From NCBI GenBank assembly GCA_951406725.2, contig OX597829.1, positions 18,290,001-18,354,000 of the forward strand: 64,000 bases of DNA, read 5' to 3'. The DNA comes from Octopus vulgaris. Lineage: Eukaryota. Both the position numbers and the translations under genes were made by a program. Position 1 is the stretch's first letter. Every line of letters begins with the position of its first letter. The notes beneath the pieces are model-generated. The model was given only the letters and a program-made list of their open reading frames with translations. It searched no databases and was not told the origin of the DNA. Shown here piece by piece: positions 26,079 through 39,003 of this stretch.

Positions 26079-29000
26079 ATGCCACCGAAAAAGAGAAGTC
26101 GCATCGGCCGCCATACTGCAGCAGCAGCTGCGAAAAAGGCGAAGCGCAGCGCCATAAACGCTTCTGCTGTTGCTGCACAAAGGGCTTCAGAGGACCCACA
26201 ACAAAGGGCCACTCGACTGGCTACAAACGCTGCGGTTGCTTCATACGATGCTGCTTCCACGGCTTCAGACGGTCCGGAAACAAGGTCGAAGCGCAGCGCC
26301 ATAAACGCTTCTGCTGTTGCTGCACAAAGGGCTTCAGAGGACCCACAACAAAGGGCCACTCGACTGGCTACAAACGCTGCGGTTGCTTCATACGATGCTG
26401 TTTCCACGGCTTCAGACGGTCCGGAAACAAGGTCGAAGCGCAGCGCCATAAACGCTTCTGCTGTTGCTGCACAAAGGGCTTCAGAGGACCCACAACAAAG
26501 GGCCACTCGACTGGCTACAAACGCTGCGGTTGCTTCATACGATGCTGCTTCCACAGCTTCAGACGGTCCGGAAACAAGGTCGAAGCGCAGCGCCGTAAAC
26601 GCTTCTGCTGTTGCTGCACAAAGGGCTTCAGAGGACCCACAACAAAGGGCCACTCGACTGGCTACAAACGCTGCGGTTGCTTCATACGATGCTGCTTCCA
26701 CGGCTTCAGACGGTCCGGAAACAAGGTCGAAGCGCAGTGCCATGAACGCTTCTGCTGTTGCTGCACAAAGGGCTTCAGAGGACCCACAACAAAGGGCCAC
26801 TCGACTGGCTACAAACGCTGCGGCTACTGCTGCTTCAACATTTTCGACACATTCCCACGACTCAGACCAGCAACGTTCTACATTCCAGCGGAACAGTCGA
26901 CGCCGCGGTCTGACGAGTCCAAACAGACCTTACTGGCATCTACGTGCTTTCAAGTATGAGCCCAACTTCAATTACTCGATGCACGCTGACATAAATATTG
27001 GGGAAATGTTCTTCAATTGCCAATTCTGCAATGCTAAAAAGTGGGCTGGGGAACCACCTGCGATGTGCTGCTTAAACGGTAAGGTCAGCTTGCCCCTTCT
27101 TCGGGAGCTGCCAGACCCTTTGAAGGAATTACTTACTGGTTCCACCTCAAGGTCATCAAAATTCCTTCAACTCATCAGGAAATACAATTGTGCATTTCAG
27201 ATGACTTCTTTCGGGGCTAACGTTGTCAGAGAAACTGGTTGGATGCCTACTTTCAAGGTCCAGGGCCAGGTGTACCACCTTATTGGGTCACTCCAGCCAC
27301 TACAAAATTGCAAACCTTCGTTCCTTCAAATTTATTTTATTATAAATTACAATAGGCAACTTGATTTGCGTTTCGACGTAATTCCACAACATGCAAACAC
27401 TAACGCTGACAATTTCGACAGGGACGTGCTGCTCACTCTGCAAAACATGCTTCATGACCACAACAGCTATATTCGCAGTTTCAAATACGCCTTGGAAACA
27501 GCCCCTTCACCAACATTCACCATTGTCATCGATGCTGACAAAAGGCCTTCTGGGGAGCACGCGCGGCGATATAACGCTCCTTCGTGCAATGATGTGGCCA
27601 TAGTTCTCCATGGTGAACAGCACAAGCAGCGGGACATAGTTCTTCAAAGCCGCGACAGTGGTCTTCAGCGTATTAATGAGACACATCGGTCATATGACGC
27701 CCTGCAGTATCCCCTTCTTTTTCCGTATGGAGAAGACGGGTACCATTTCGGCATTCCTCACCACAAACCAAACGAGCCCTCGGCTGCGACATCTAAAACT
27801 GTTTCATGTATGGCTTTTTACTCATACCGCTTCATGACAAGGCATAATGATTTCAACCCCCTGCACAGATCACGGGAACTGTTTCACCAGTTTGCAGTTG
27901 ACATGGCTGCAAAGATGGAGTCCGAGAGACTAAGCTTCATCAAATTGAATCAGAAGCAGCTGCGCTCAGACTCCTACATCAATTTGCGTGATGGCATCAG
28001 GAATGACACTGACGCCCGCAATATCGGCAAAATGTGCATTCTCCCCTCAACCTATACAGGGGGCCCACGGTACATGCACGAGCGAACACAAGACGCTATG
28101 ACTTACGTTCGGCATTATGGGCGACCCGATTTATTCATTACCTTTACATGTAACCCAAAGTGGGTTGAGGTAACGCGAGAACTTCTCCCAGGGCAGCAGT
28201 ACTGTCATCGCCATGATTTTATTGCAAGGGTTTTCAGGCAGAAACTGGCTAAGCTCATTCTTTTAATAAAAAAAGGCCAGGTTTTTGGGCCTGTTAACTG
28301 CCACATGTATACTGTTGAGTGGCAGAAAAGAGGGTTGCCACACGCGCACATTTTGCTTTGGTTGGTCAACAAAATAGACCCAACAGTTCTTGATGATCTC
28401 ATTGCAGCAGAAATTCCGGACCCAACAGTTGACCGGCAGCTGTACGACATTGCGAAGGCACACATGGTACACGGTCCGTGCGGTCCTGGTTTTCAAAAGT
28501 TCTCCTCATGCCACAAAGACCACGTGTACACTAAACGGTACCCAAAGAGGTTCGTGGACGAGACCCAGACCGGCCGCGACGGATACCCACTGTACAGAAG
28601 AAGGCACCCTGACAATGGTGGATTCACTATAACGTTACGGGATCATCAAGTGGATAATAGGTGGGTAGTGCCGTACTGTCCATTTCTGATGAAAACTTTT
28701 AACGCTCACATAAATGTGGAGTTCTGTCATTCAGTCAAGTCTATAAAGTATATATGTAAATATGTTAACAAGGGTTCTGACGCTGCCATGTTTGGCCTTC
28801 AAAAGGACAATAGCATGGACGAGGTGTCACAGTACATGGCAGGTCGGTACATAAGCAGTGGTGAAGCTTTTTGGCTGATATTCGGGTTTCCACTTCACCA
28901 AAGGCACCCCGCCATTATACAACTAGCGGTTCATTTGGAAAATGGCCAACGAACTTACTTTACTGAACAGACTGCAGCTGATTTGGCGGCAAATCCAAAA

Positions 29001-31088
29001 CAAACAACTTTGACCGGCTTCTTTAGGCTTTGCCAACTTGACACATTTGCTAAAACACTTTTATACCCTCAGGTCCCGTCCTACTACGTGTGGTCAAACA
29101 ACAATTGGGTGCGTAGGAAGTCGGGTCAGGATGTTGAAGGACATCCTAGTGTCAAGTTTAACAGTTGTCTAGGAAGAGTCTACACTGTACCTCCAAACCA
29201 ACATGACTGTTTTCACCTGCGCCTTCTCCTCCATGAGGTTTTAGGCACACAAAGTTTTCAAGACATCAGAACTGTTGATGGTGTATTATGTGATACTTTC
29301 CGTGAAGCCTGTTTTCGGCGTCGACTTTTGGAGGATGATTCACAATGGGGCGCCACTATGGCAGAAGGTGTTTCATTAAAATCTCCTAAAAAAATCAGAT
29401 CGCTTTTCGCTATTCTATTACTATGGTGTGACTTGGCTAATCCCGCCTCTTTATGGCTTACCTACAAAGATGATATGTCTGAAGATTTCCTGCATCACGC
29501 TCAATCGCTACATCCATCAATGGAGGTCGGGTACACTGACCTCATTTACAACAGGGCGCTGCTTGAAATCGAAGATACTGTACTCGATATGGGCGGTAGT
29601 GCCTTGCCGGTCTATGGCCTACCTTCAACAAACCGGGAAGGCACAAACACTGTCTTCACATTTGCTGCGTGAGACATGTTTTAATGTTGACGAGCTTGCC
29701 GAGTACATAGCCGACAATGAACCAAAGCTCATTCCAGAACAGAAGTTCGCTTACAACTCCGTTGTTAATTCAGTCCGGGCCAAAGCTGGGGACATTTTTT
29801 TCCTGGACGCTCCTGGGGGCACTGGGAAAACTTTTGTCAACAAATTAATATTGGCTGAGATTAGGCGAACACAAGGCATTGCCCTAGCTGTGGCATCATC
29901 TGGAATTGCGGCTACTTTGTTGCCAGGCGGCAGGACAGCTCACTCTACTTTCAAACTCCCACTTGACTTAGCGAAGACTGAGACACCAACTTGCAACATC
30001 AGTAACAGCTCCGATCAGGCAGAAGTCTTCAGACGATGCAAGCTTATCGTTTGGGATGAATGCACGATGGCCCACAGAGGTGCTCTTGAGGCACTAGATA
30101 GATCTCTCAGAGACATCAAACACTCTTCAGCTCCCATGGGAGGCATAACACTTCTTTCAGGGGACTTCCGACAAACACTTCCCGTTATTCCCAAAGGGAC
30201 TAGAGCTGATGCTGTAAGTGCGTGTCTTAAGTCATCCACATTGTGGCCACTGGTGAAGACTCTCAAACTTCACACCAATATGCGTGCTCATATGCGACGT
30301 GATATCACATCAGCAGCATTTTCTCACACCCTCATTGCACTTGGCGAAGGCAAAATACCAGGGGATGAAAATGGTAATATTGCCATCGATTCCATTTGTA
30401 CCATTGTTAACACGCCTTCTGATCTCAGAGATGCAGTCTTCCCAGATCTACAAGCTAATTATCAGAATATGGATTGGATTGGCCAAAGGGCTATTCTGGC
30501 CCCGAGGAATAAAACTGTTCACCATATTAATGATGAAATGCTAAAACTCATTCCTGGGGATGTCTATGTATATAAGTCTATTGATACAACTCCTGACCCA
30601 GACGACGTCATCAATTATCCAATAGAGGTACTCAATTCCTTTGAGCCCCCGGACTACCACCACACATTCTCAAACTTAAAGTTGGTGCCCCTATAATGCT
30701 CATTAGAAATTTTGTTCCCCCAAAACAATGTAATGGCACACGTTTGATCGTTAAGTCCTTATCTCCCAATCTGATCGAGGCCACCATTATCACAGGGTGC
30801 GGTCGAGGCAACGTTGTGCTCATACCTAGAATGCATCTTTTCCCATCAGGAGCAGACCTACCTTTCATATTTCGGAGGTCCCAGTTCCCAGTAAGGCCAT
30901 GTTTCGCAATGTCAATTAACAAAGCGCAGGGTCAAACACTGTCTGTGGCAGGAATACATTTGAGAGAGCCATGTTTCTCTCATGGTCAGCTTTATGTTGG
31001 CTGCTCGCGTGTCGGCAGCAACAGTGATGCTTTCGCATTCCTTCCACAACGAAAAACAAAAAACATTGTGTACAAGGAGGTTTTATAG
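26079..31088 (+). pseudogene. Helitron RepHel (HUH endonuclease + PIF1-like SF1B helicase), with frameshifts at about 29650 and 30647
   Basis: Zn motif CQFC..CC; Rep motifs PDLFITFTCNPKW, VEWQKRGLPHAHIL and YICKYVNK; Walker A DAPGGTGKT and Walker B IVWDE; also GDFRQTLP, SINKAQGQT and HGQLYVGCSRV. These are spread over ORFs 26079-29672, 29428-30696 and 30696-31088. Confidence 0.95.
26140..26824 (+). repeat. 147-bp (49-aa) in-frame tandem repeat, about 4.7 copies
   Basis: Units start at 26140, 26287, 26434, 26581 and 26728 and differ at only a few positions. Confidence 0.97.
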
Positions 31089-31942
31089 GATTACTACGTT
31101 TCATCATTTTCAAACACGTTAGTATTTCACTTACATACGACTCTCTTTTATGACGGCATTTACATTTCTAGGCGTTTCATTACATTAATTCACACTTAAC
31201 CAACACCTGTCCTTCGCTCAACTCTATTTCTATCCATTCATCATCAAACCACTAGCCTCATCTTCTATATCCAACGTACATGACACATCTACCCGCTACA
31301 TCTACACTTTCATTGTTAAAGTTTACATGAGCGACAACACGATCGCAACATACACGTTCGAAACTAATCAACAGATCATTTTATACAACAACAAATTTAA
31401 TCAAAACGCCCATCAATGAAAACATCTCCACCACTGTATTGTGATTCACCTAATCAGCACCACTACAGTCTTGCCGGTCTGACATATGGTGAGTAGATGC
31501 TATTGTTCTATATTTTATAAATTACACATATTTACTTACCCATGCTTCATTCCTCTCTTGCCTACATATGAAATCCACTCTCTTTTAACACAGCATCAAG
31601 TTTTGTAACAGCACATCCGCTGCCGTTCGTGCAAAACGAAGAGACCCTATTCACCTGCGAACGTTTTACATCGCCTTCCACGACTATCAAATTCTTACAA
31701 TTATGAGAACAATAACATGGCTCTTTTCAAGGCAACCTCACATTCAATTCTTACACCATTCTACGAGGGGGTAGGAACACCTCTACATGGCTTTCTATAC
31801 ACTTACAAATACATTCATTCGCCATGAACTTATATCAATATTTGCCTGAATAATCATCATAATTCAGTGCAATCATTAATAGTACTTTCAAGCAATTCAG
31901 CCCCGAGCAACGCCGGGCAATTCTGCTAGTAATATATATAAT

Positions 31943-32029
<87 letters not shown>

Positions 32030-32154
32030 TAACTAATTTCAACAGATTTCGCCCAAATTTGACGTCTATATTACTTAGTTTGGTTTGAAATAAAGAACTT
32101 GATTAGCTTAATAATCATAACTTAATCCAGGGCAAGGCTGGGTTATACTGCTAG

Positions 32155-32188
<34 letters not shown>

Positions 32189-32554
32189 TACAAAATTAGA
32201 GAATGGAGAAACATACTTAAATCAATAAAACATCAACTATCCGATGATACCCAATCAATACTTTAATACACCATTACATATGGGTAAAGGCATTATACAA
32301 AATGAGATATACAGTAATAGTAAAAAGATAAAGAGATATAAGTAAAAAATTTCAAATATAATATGCAATTAAATCAAAACTGACAGCTGTTTCGGCAGTG
32401 AGGGCAGTCATACCTCATTTAACCTCTAAGCCATAAAGGCAGGTATAAATGAGGCATTAACAAGGATAATCTTGTTGGGTACCTATCTGGCAGTATATTG
32501 GATATATATTATCCCATGGTGGGTTGAATTTTCAACCCCTATCTCATTTTATAA

Positions 32555-32596
<42 letters not shown>

Positions 32597-32662
32597 GATA
32601 TATGTGTGTATATATGTATATAATGTATATATATACACACACATATATATATATATATATAT

Positions 32663-32704
<42 letters not shown>

Positions 32705-33237
32705 CATATACACATATGTATATTCACATGCATCTGTACATACATATCCCTATATCCATAAATATAAATATATGTACATGTAAGATAATAAATTGTTTGA
32801 GTGAAAGTACATGCTCCATACAACCTATGCGAGGACGTTTATACATCCATACACATTAACGTTTATATTAAATACATTTTTTTGGGTGTATTGTGTATTT
32901 GTTTCTTTTTTTGCATGTTATTTATTATTGATCTTCTATATAAATGAAGCTTTGCCCTATTACTTGCTGGTTTTCTTTACATGAACGAAGCAGATAACTT
33001 GCAGAACAGCCATTATTTTAATGAGTTATATCTTATTTTCACCCAAAGAGACATATATCCGCCATTGGATACACCCGAAACAGCTGTTAAGTACCCCACC
33101 CATGAGAGATCAATGCTAGATGGGTCGAAGCAATTGTAGTGATCAATAAAAATTCTTGTATCTTCCGTCTTCCATGTCTCTCATTAACCACATATACATA
33201 TATATATATATTCATGCTCGCACACACATATTCACAT

Positions 33238-34592
33238 CTGAGGGGGTACCCAAAAGAAATTGGGATTTTCGAATATTCTTTTATTCACTTCATTTTACAT
33301 GTTAACACTTTTATCACCTTCAAAGTATTCTCCATTTGAAGCAATGCATCAGTCCAGATTTGTTTTCCACTGTTCAAAGCGGTCTTGGAACTCAAGCAAA
33401 GTGATGCCTTTTAACGCTTCCATTGTTCTTTTCTTTACCTTTCCCACATCTGCAAATTCCATAGATCCAGCTTTCATCACCAGTGATGACCTTCGAAAAG
33501 TGGTCCACATCAACTTCCAACTGTTCTTTCAGTTCACGACACACATTCAGTCGTCACTGTATTTGATCTTCTTTGAGCAAGCAAGGGGCAAATTTTGTTG
33601 CAACTCTTTTCATTCACAATTCTTCACTCAAAATTCGTTGGCAGGAGCTCCAGGACAGACCAGTCATATCAACAAGCTTGTCAAGAACAATTCGTAAATT
33701 TTCACAATTTTTTTTTTTTATTTGGGAGGTTGACAATCATCCTAAACAAGGTTGGTCTTCAAGCGACAAGTAACAATTCCTAAAATGTAAAAACCACTCG
33801 TAAACTTGTGTTTTAATCATGGCAGCATCCTTGTAAGCTGTTTGATGCATGACAACTGTTTCACACAGAAGGCAGCAAGCTTGCAGAAACATTAGCACGC
33901 CAGGTAAAATGCTTAGTGGTATTTCGTCTGTCTTTACGTTCCGAGTTCAAATTCCGCCAAGGTCAACTTTGCCTTTCATCCTTTCGGGGTCGATAAATTA
34001 AGTACCTATTTCTTTACTACCCACAAGGGGCTAAACACAGAGAGGTTAAACAAGGACAGACAAACGTACTAAGTCAATTACATCGACCCCAGTGCGTAAC
34101 TGGTACTTAGTTTATCGACCCTGCAAGGATGAAAGGTAAAGTCGACCTGGCGGAATTTGAACTCAGAACGTAACGGCAGACGAAATACCGCAAAGCATTT
34201 TGCCCGGCATGCTAACGTTTCTGCCAGCTCGCCGCCTAAATTAAGTACCAGTTATGCACTGGGGTCGATGTAATTGACTTAATTCCTTTGTCTGTCCATG
34301 TTTGTCCCTTCTATGTTTAGCCACTTGTGGGCAATAAAGAAATAAGAAAACAGAATTTCACAGAAGTATGCTGTTCCTTGATTTAAACCATTGCAAAAAA
34401 AAATCGACAAACAGGGAAGAAGCACTGCAAAACAAAGACACACCACGTGGCAGTATGACTTCACTGGACGCTGCCGATTGGCAGACTGATGCCTGAGGGT
34501 TGCATCAAGTGGCTTCTAGTGTTAGAAGTCTGAACTACAATGGGCTTGTCCCACAGAAAACATTTCCAGTTACTTTTAGGTTCACCCTTGTA
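33238..34592 (-). mobile_element. Internally deleted mariner transposon containing nested SINEs
   Basis: Frames encode SKVITGDESWIYG and FADV..VKKRTMEALKGI..FQDRFEQWK..CIASNGEYFEGD. Degenerate TIRs are gagggggtacccaaaagaaattggg vs the reverse complement tacaagggtgaacctaaaagtaactgg. Confidence 0.8.
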
Positions 34593-37500
34593 TATGTAGA
34601 TACATACAAATGTACATATATGTATACACACGCACACACACACATTCATATAAACATATATAGAACTTTGAGTCAGAAGGAAAGACAGCACCCATGACTC
34701 TTTACAGGGCTTCCAGCTAGTGGGAGTTAGAGAGCATAGTATCCTCAAATGAGAGACCAGATCCAGATGCTTACAACATTTCTAAAAGGTAACCCATAGA
34801 TTCGATCACCTTTGATCTTTAAGTGTCTCAGAGCAAATCAGTTTTGACAAGTAAGTCATAGGTTTATGCCATTTCAAAGAATGTTATTGTCTGTGTGTGT
34901 GTATGTCTATCTTTTGATCTTTTACTTGTTTCAGTCATCAGATTGCAACCAGGCTGGGGCATGGTCACCTTGAAGAATTTTTTAGTTGAATGAATCAAAC
35001 CTAGTACATATTTTTTTCCTTTTCCAGCTTGGTACTTATTTTATTGGTCCCTTTTGTTGAACTGTTCAGTTACAGCGACATCACCACTGGTTGTCAAACA
35101 GTAGTGGGGGACAAACACCAACACAAAGACATACACACATGGCACGTAAAAGCACCATCCGTTCGTGTCCGTTGCCAGCCTCGCCTGGCCCCCATGCCGG
35201 TAGCACGTAAAAGCACCATCCATTCGTGTCCGTTGCCAGCCTCGCCTGGCCCCCGTGTCGGTGGCACGTAAAAACACCATCCTTTCGTGGCCGTTTGCCA
35301 GCTCTGTCTGGCACCTGTGCAGGTGACACGTAAAAAGCACCCACTACACTCACGGAATGGTTGGCATTAGGAAGGGCATCCAGCCGTAGAAACACTGCCA
35401 AATCTGACTGGGCCTGATGAAGCCTTCCGGCTTCACAAACCCCAGTTAAACCGTCCAACCCATGCTAGCATGGAAAACGGATGCTAAATGATGATGATGA
35501 TGATACATAATATATATATACACACAAAGTATGTATGTATGTATGTATGTGTGTATATATGTGAAGGCATGTGGCCTAGTGTTTAGGCTGTTACACTCAC
35601 AATCACTAGATTGTGGGTCCGATTCCCCAAGTGGGCAGCACATTGTGTTCTTGAGCAAAACTCTTCATTCCACATTGCTCTAGTTCCCATCCCAATCAAA
35701 GGACAATGTTGGCCTGCTCATCTAGCCAGCAGAGTAATGTCATTTGAAAGCCAAAACAATGCAAATGCACATTGTGACCAGCGGTGTGTAACAACATCTG
35801 ATAGCCTTGCTGGTCACATGATCACATGATATACATATACAATGGGCTTCTTTCAGTTTCCACCAACCAAATCCACTCACAAGTCTTCAGTTGGCCTGAG
35901 GCTATAGTAGAAGACATTTGCCCAAGGTATCACACACTGGAACTGAATGTGCAACCATATGGTTAGGGAGCAAGCTTTTTACTACACGGCTAGACTTGCT
36001 CCTCTTTTACTCTTTTACTTCTTTCAGTCATTTGACTTTGGCCATGCTGGAGCACTGCCTTTTTAGTCGAGCAAATCGACCACAGGACTTATTCTTTGTA
36101 AGCCTAGTACTTATTCTATCGGTCTCTTTTGCCGAACCACTAGTTTACGGGTACGTAAACACACCAGCATCAGTTGTCAAGCGATGTTGGGGGGACAAAC
36201 ACAGACACACAAACATACACACACACACACATAAATACATATATATGCTGGGCTTCTTTCAGTTTCTGTCTACCAAATCCACTCACAAGGCTTTGGTCGG
36301 CCCGAGGCTATAGTAGAAGACACTTACCCAAGGTACTATGCAGTGGGACTGAACCCGGAACCATGTGGTTGGTAAGCAAGCTACTTACTACACAGTCACT
36401 CCTATGCTTAAGGACAAGAATTTTAAATCTACTTTATTCTATCTTAACTATGGGGATAAATGCCAAATCTTTATTGGATGTCAGCTGAAGAAATCATGCT
36501 CTATCCTCATCAATCCAATTTAGATGTTTAAATCAAGAATTCAACATTGACTTGGTAAGCTTTTGGAAATTTCAAACATTTCAATGTTTGCAATGATTTT
36601 CATATACAGACCCTATTTCTACCTCCAAATCACGTACATCTCGTTTACTTATAATCTTTGGACTGTAGCCATGCTGGAGCACCACCTTAGATAGTTTAAT
36701 TGAGCAAATCAGTTCCAGTACTGTCTTTTTCTTTAAGTTTGGTATTTATTCCACTGGTTTCTTTTGCCAACTGCTAAGTTACAAGAACCAAAACAAACCA
36801 ATACCAATTGTCAAGCAGTGTTGGGAACAAACACAAGCACACACACACACATTTATAACTCACTATTAGCGACTAATACAGCTAAAAATGTGAATAAAAT
36901 CAAATCTGATATATATAAATATTATATATTCTTGTTTTGGAATTGTTTGTCTATTGCTTTTTTATTTGTCTTTTACTATAATCTCAACTTCCAAACACCC
37001 AATTCGCAGTCCTGTTTACTTAATTTAATTATCAATTAATTATTTCCTGGAGATACATTTTCCCCATTTTATATAAAGTTTTTTTTCAATTTTCCCTCTC
37101 TCTCTTTTGGAGAGGCACTGAGCAGCTATAAGCACACATACACACATGGCAGTAACTCCCGCCTACCGAATTCAATCACAAAGCTCCGGGCTATAGCGGA
37201 AGACACCTACCCAAAGTGCCACACAGTGGGACTGAACCAGAAACCATGTAGTTAGGAAGCAAGCTCCCTAACCACACAGCCATGCCCGCGCCTATTATAA
37301 TATATTTATATTTTAGTGTTAATTTTTACAGCCACCACCACCACATGTCTGGTAGCAAAAACCACACCTTTATATTTTGAAAACCGGTCAGCCAATCAAA
37401 TATAAATGCTTATTTGTTGAATTGTATTATATCATATCATATCATATTACATGTACCATCACAATTTTAATTTAGTATTTATCACAACTATTCCAAATGA

Positions 37501-37653
37501 AAGGAAACGAGCAACTCTGAGTAACAGTTTACGAAGATTTTGCAGCTTTAATAAAAGCATATTACTTTACATTCGGTATCAGGGAACGTTTTCTTTTCCG
37601 CATTGTTTTGCATTTATGTGTTTACTTATATGTGTGTGTGTGCATGTATATAA

Positions 37654-37689
<36 letters not shown>

Positions 37690-38926
37690 TTGCAACATAT
37701 AAATATATATATATATACACACACACATATATATATATACATATGCATGTATTTATATACATATATTTATATATTATTTGTATTATTATATGATCGAATG
37801 CCACACATCCTTTTCCAAGTTTTATCTTAATAATTACAATGCCCACTCTTCTTCTTTATCTCTTCTCTATCTTTCTCCCTCTCTTGTTCTTCATCCTCTC
37901 TGGTTTTCTCTCCCACCCTTCACTATTCTTCTCCTCTCCCTCTCTCTCACTCTGACATGTGACGAGAGGGAATCCATCTTTCTGACTGGATGGAAGCACT
38001 CCGTCGGTTACGACGACGAGGGTTCCGGTTGATCCGAATCAACGGAACAGCCTGCTCGTGAAATTAACGTGTAAGTGGCTGAGCACTCCACAGACACATG
38101 TACCCTTAACGTAGTTCTCGGGGATATTCAGTGTGACACAGAGAGTGACAAGGCCGGCCCTTTGAAATACAGGTCCAACAGAAACAGGAAGTAAGAGTGA
38201 GAGAAAGTTGTGGTGAAAGAGTACAGCAGGGATCACCACCATCCCCTGCCAGAGCCTCGTGGAGCTTTAGGTGTTTTCGCTCAATAAACACTCACAACGC
38301 CCGGTCTGGGAATCGAAACCGCGATCCTATGACCACGAGTCCGCTGCCCTAACCACTGGGGCATTGCGCCTCCTTCTGACTACTGCATTCGCAAAGACTA
38401 AACGTGCTTATACTGTCTCTTCATAAGATCGTTTCCTTAAACATTCAGAATAATTTTTCCATCGTCTTGGCTTAACAGCCCTCATTATTTGTTTTTACTA
38501 TTTTGTCCTCATTTTTCTGTCTTTTACTGTCTTGTTTTGTCCTCACTGTCCTGTTCTTGTTACCACTTTCACCCTCCACAGAAAATCCCAAATTTTATTT
38601 AATTTCCTTTGCGGGAAGGACTGTTTCAACGAAGTCACGTCTTGTCCTTACGTTTAAAACATGGAGTAGTTGAAACAGGGACAACTGAAGAAGGGGGATA
38701 TTCTCTATGTTGTATGTCTCGTTTCTCTATTTGTTTTATTCATTGTCCGAAAAAAAGTTTGTTTCAATGTTTTTGTTTCTCATTGTGCTCAACATTTTTT
38801 TGATGTCCTGTACCCATATATGCATGTATATATACATATATATGTAGGTATGTACAAATATATGCATATAAATATATTATTATTTACACACACACACACA
38901 TATATATATAAATATATATATATATG

Positions 38927-38965
<39 letters not shown>

Positions 38966-38972
38966 TATGTAC

Positions 38973-39003
<31 letters not shown>

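Larger units (their letters stand above)
24897..31929 (+). mobile_element. Near full-length autonomous-type Helitron
   Basis: 5' TC start, a RepHel gene, and a 3' hairpin cccgagcaacgccggg followed by CTAG|T. Confidence 0.95.
22568..32154 (+). mobile_element. Outer non-autonomous Helitron (N2) hosting the nested Helitron complex
   Basis: A 5' end A|TCATATCTATAAAAGGGAGGATGTGTG lies at 22568, and a 3' hairpin ccagggcaaggctggg...CTAG|T ends at 32154. The inner elements sit in its (TA)n. Pairing these two ends is an inference. Confidence 0.6.

Noticed and set aside
26045-26800. 251-aa antisense ORF
   Set aside because: It is a shadow of the stop-free 147-bp tandem repeat in RepHel.
23567-26824. 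Regularly spaced repeats as a CRISPR array
   Set aside because: The units are contiguous with no unique spacers, there are no cas genes, and the context is eukaryotic.
32375-33095. Hammerhead halves GAAACAGCUGUH (32380-32395 minus, 33077-33090 plus; similar at 9315-9345, 39515-39550, 58130-58142)
   Set aside because: No properly placed CUGANGA or helix I was found, so these are at most decayed relics.
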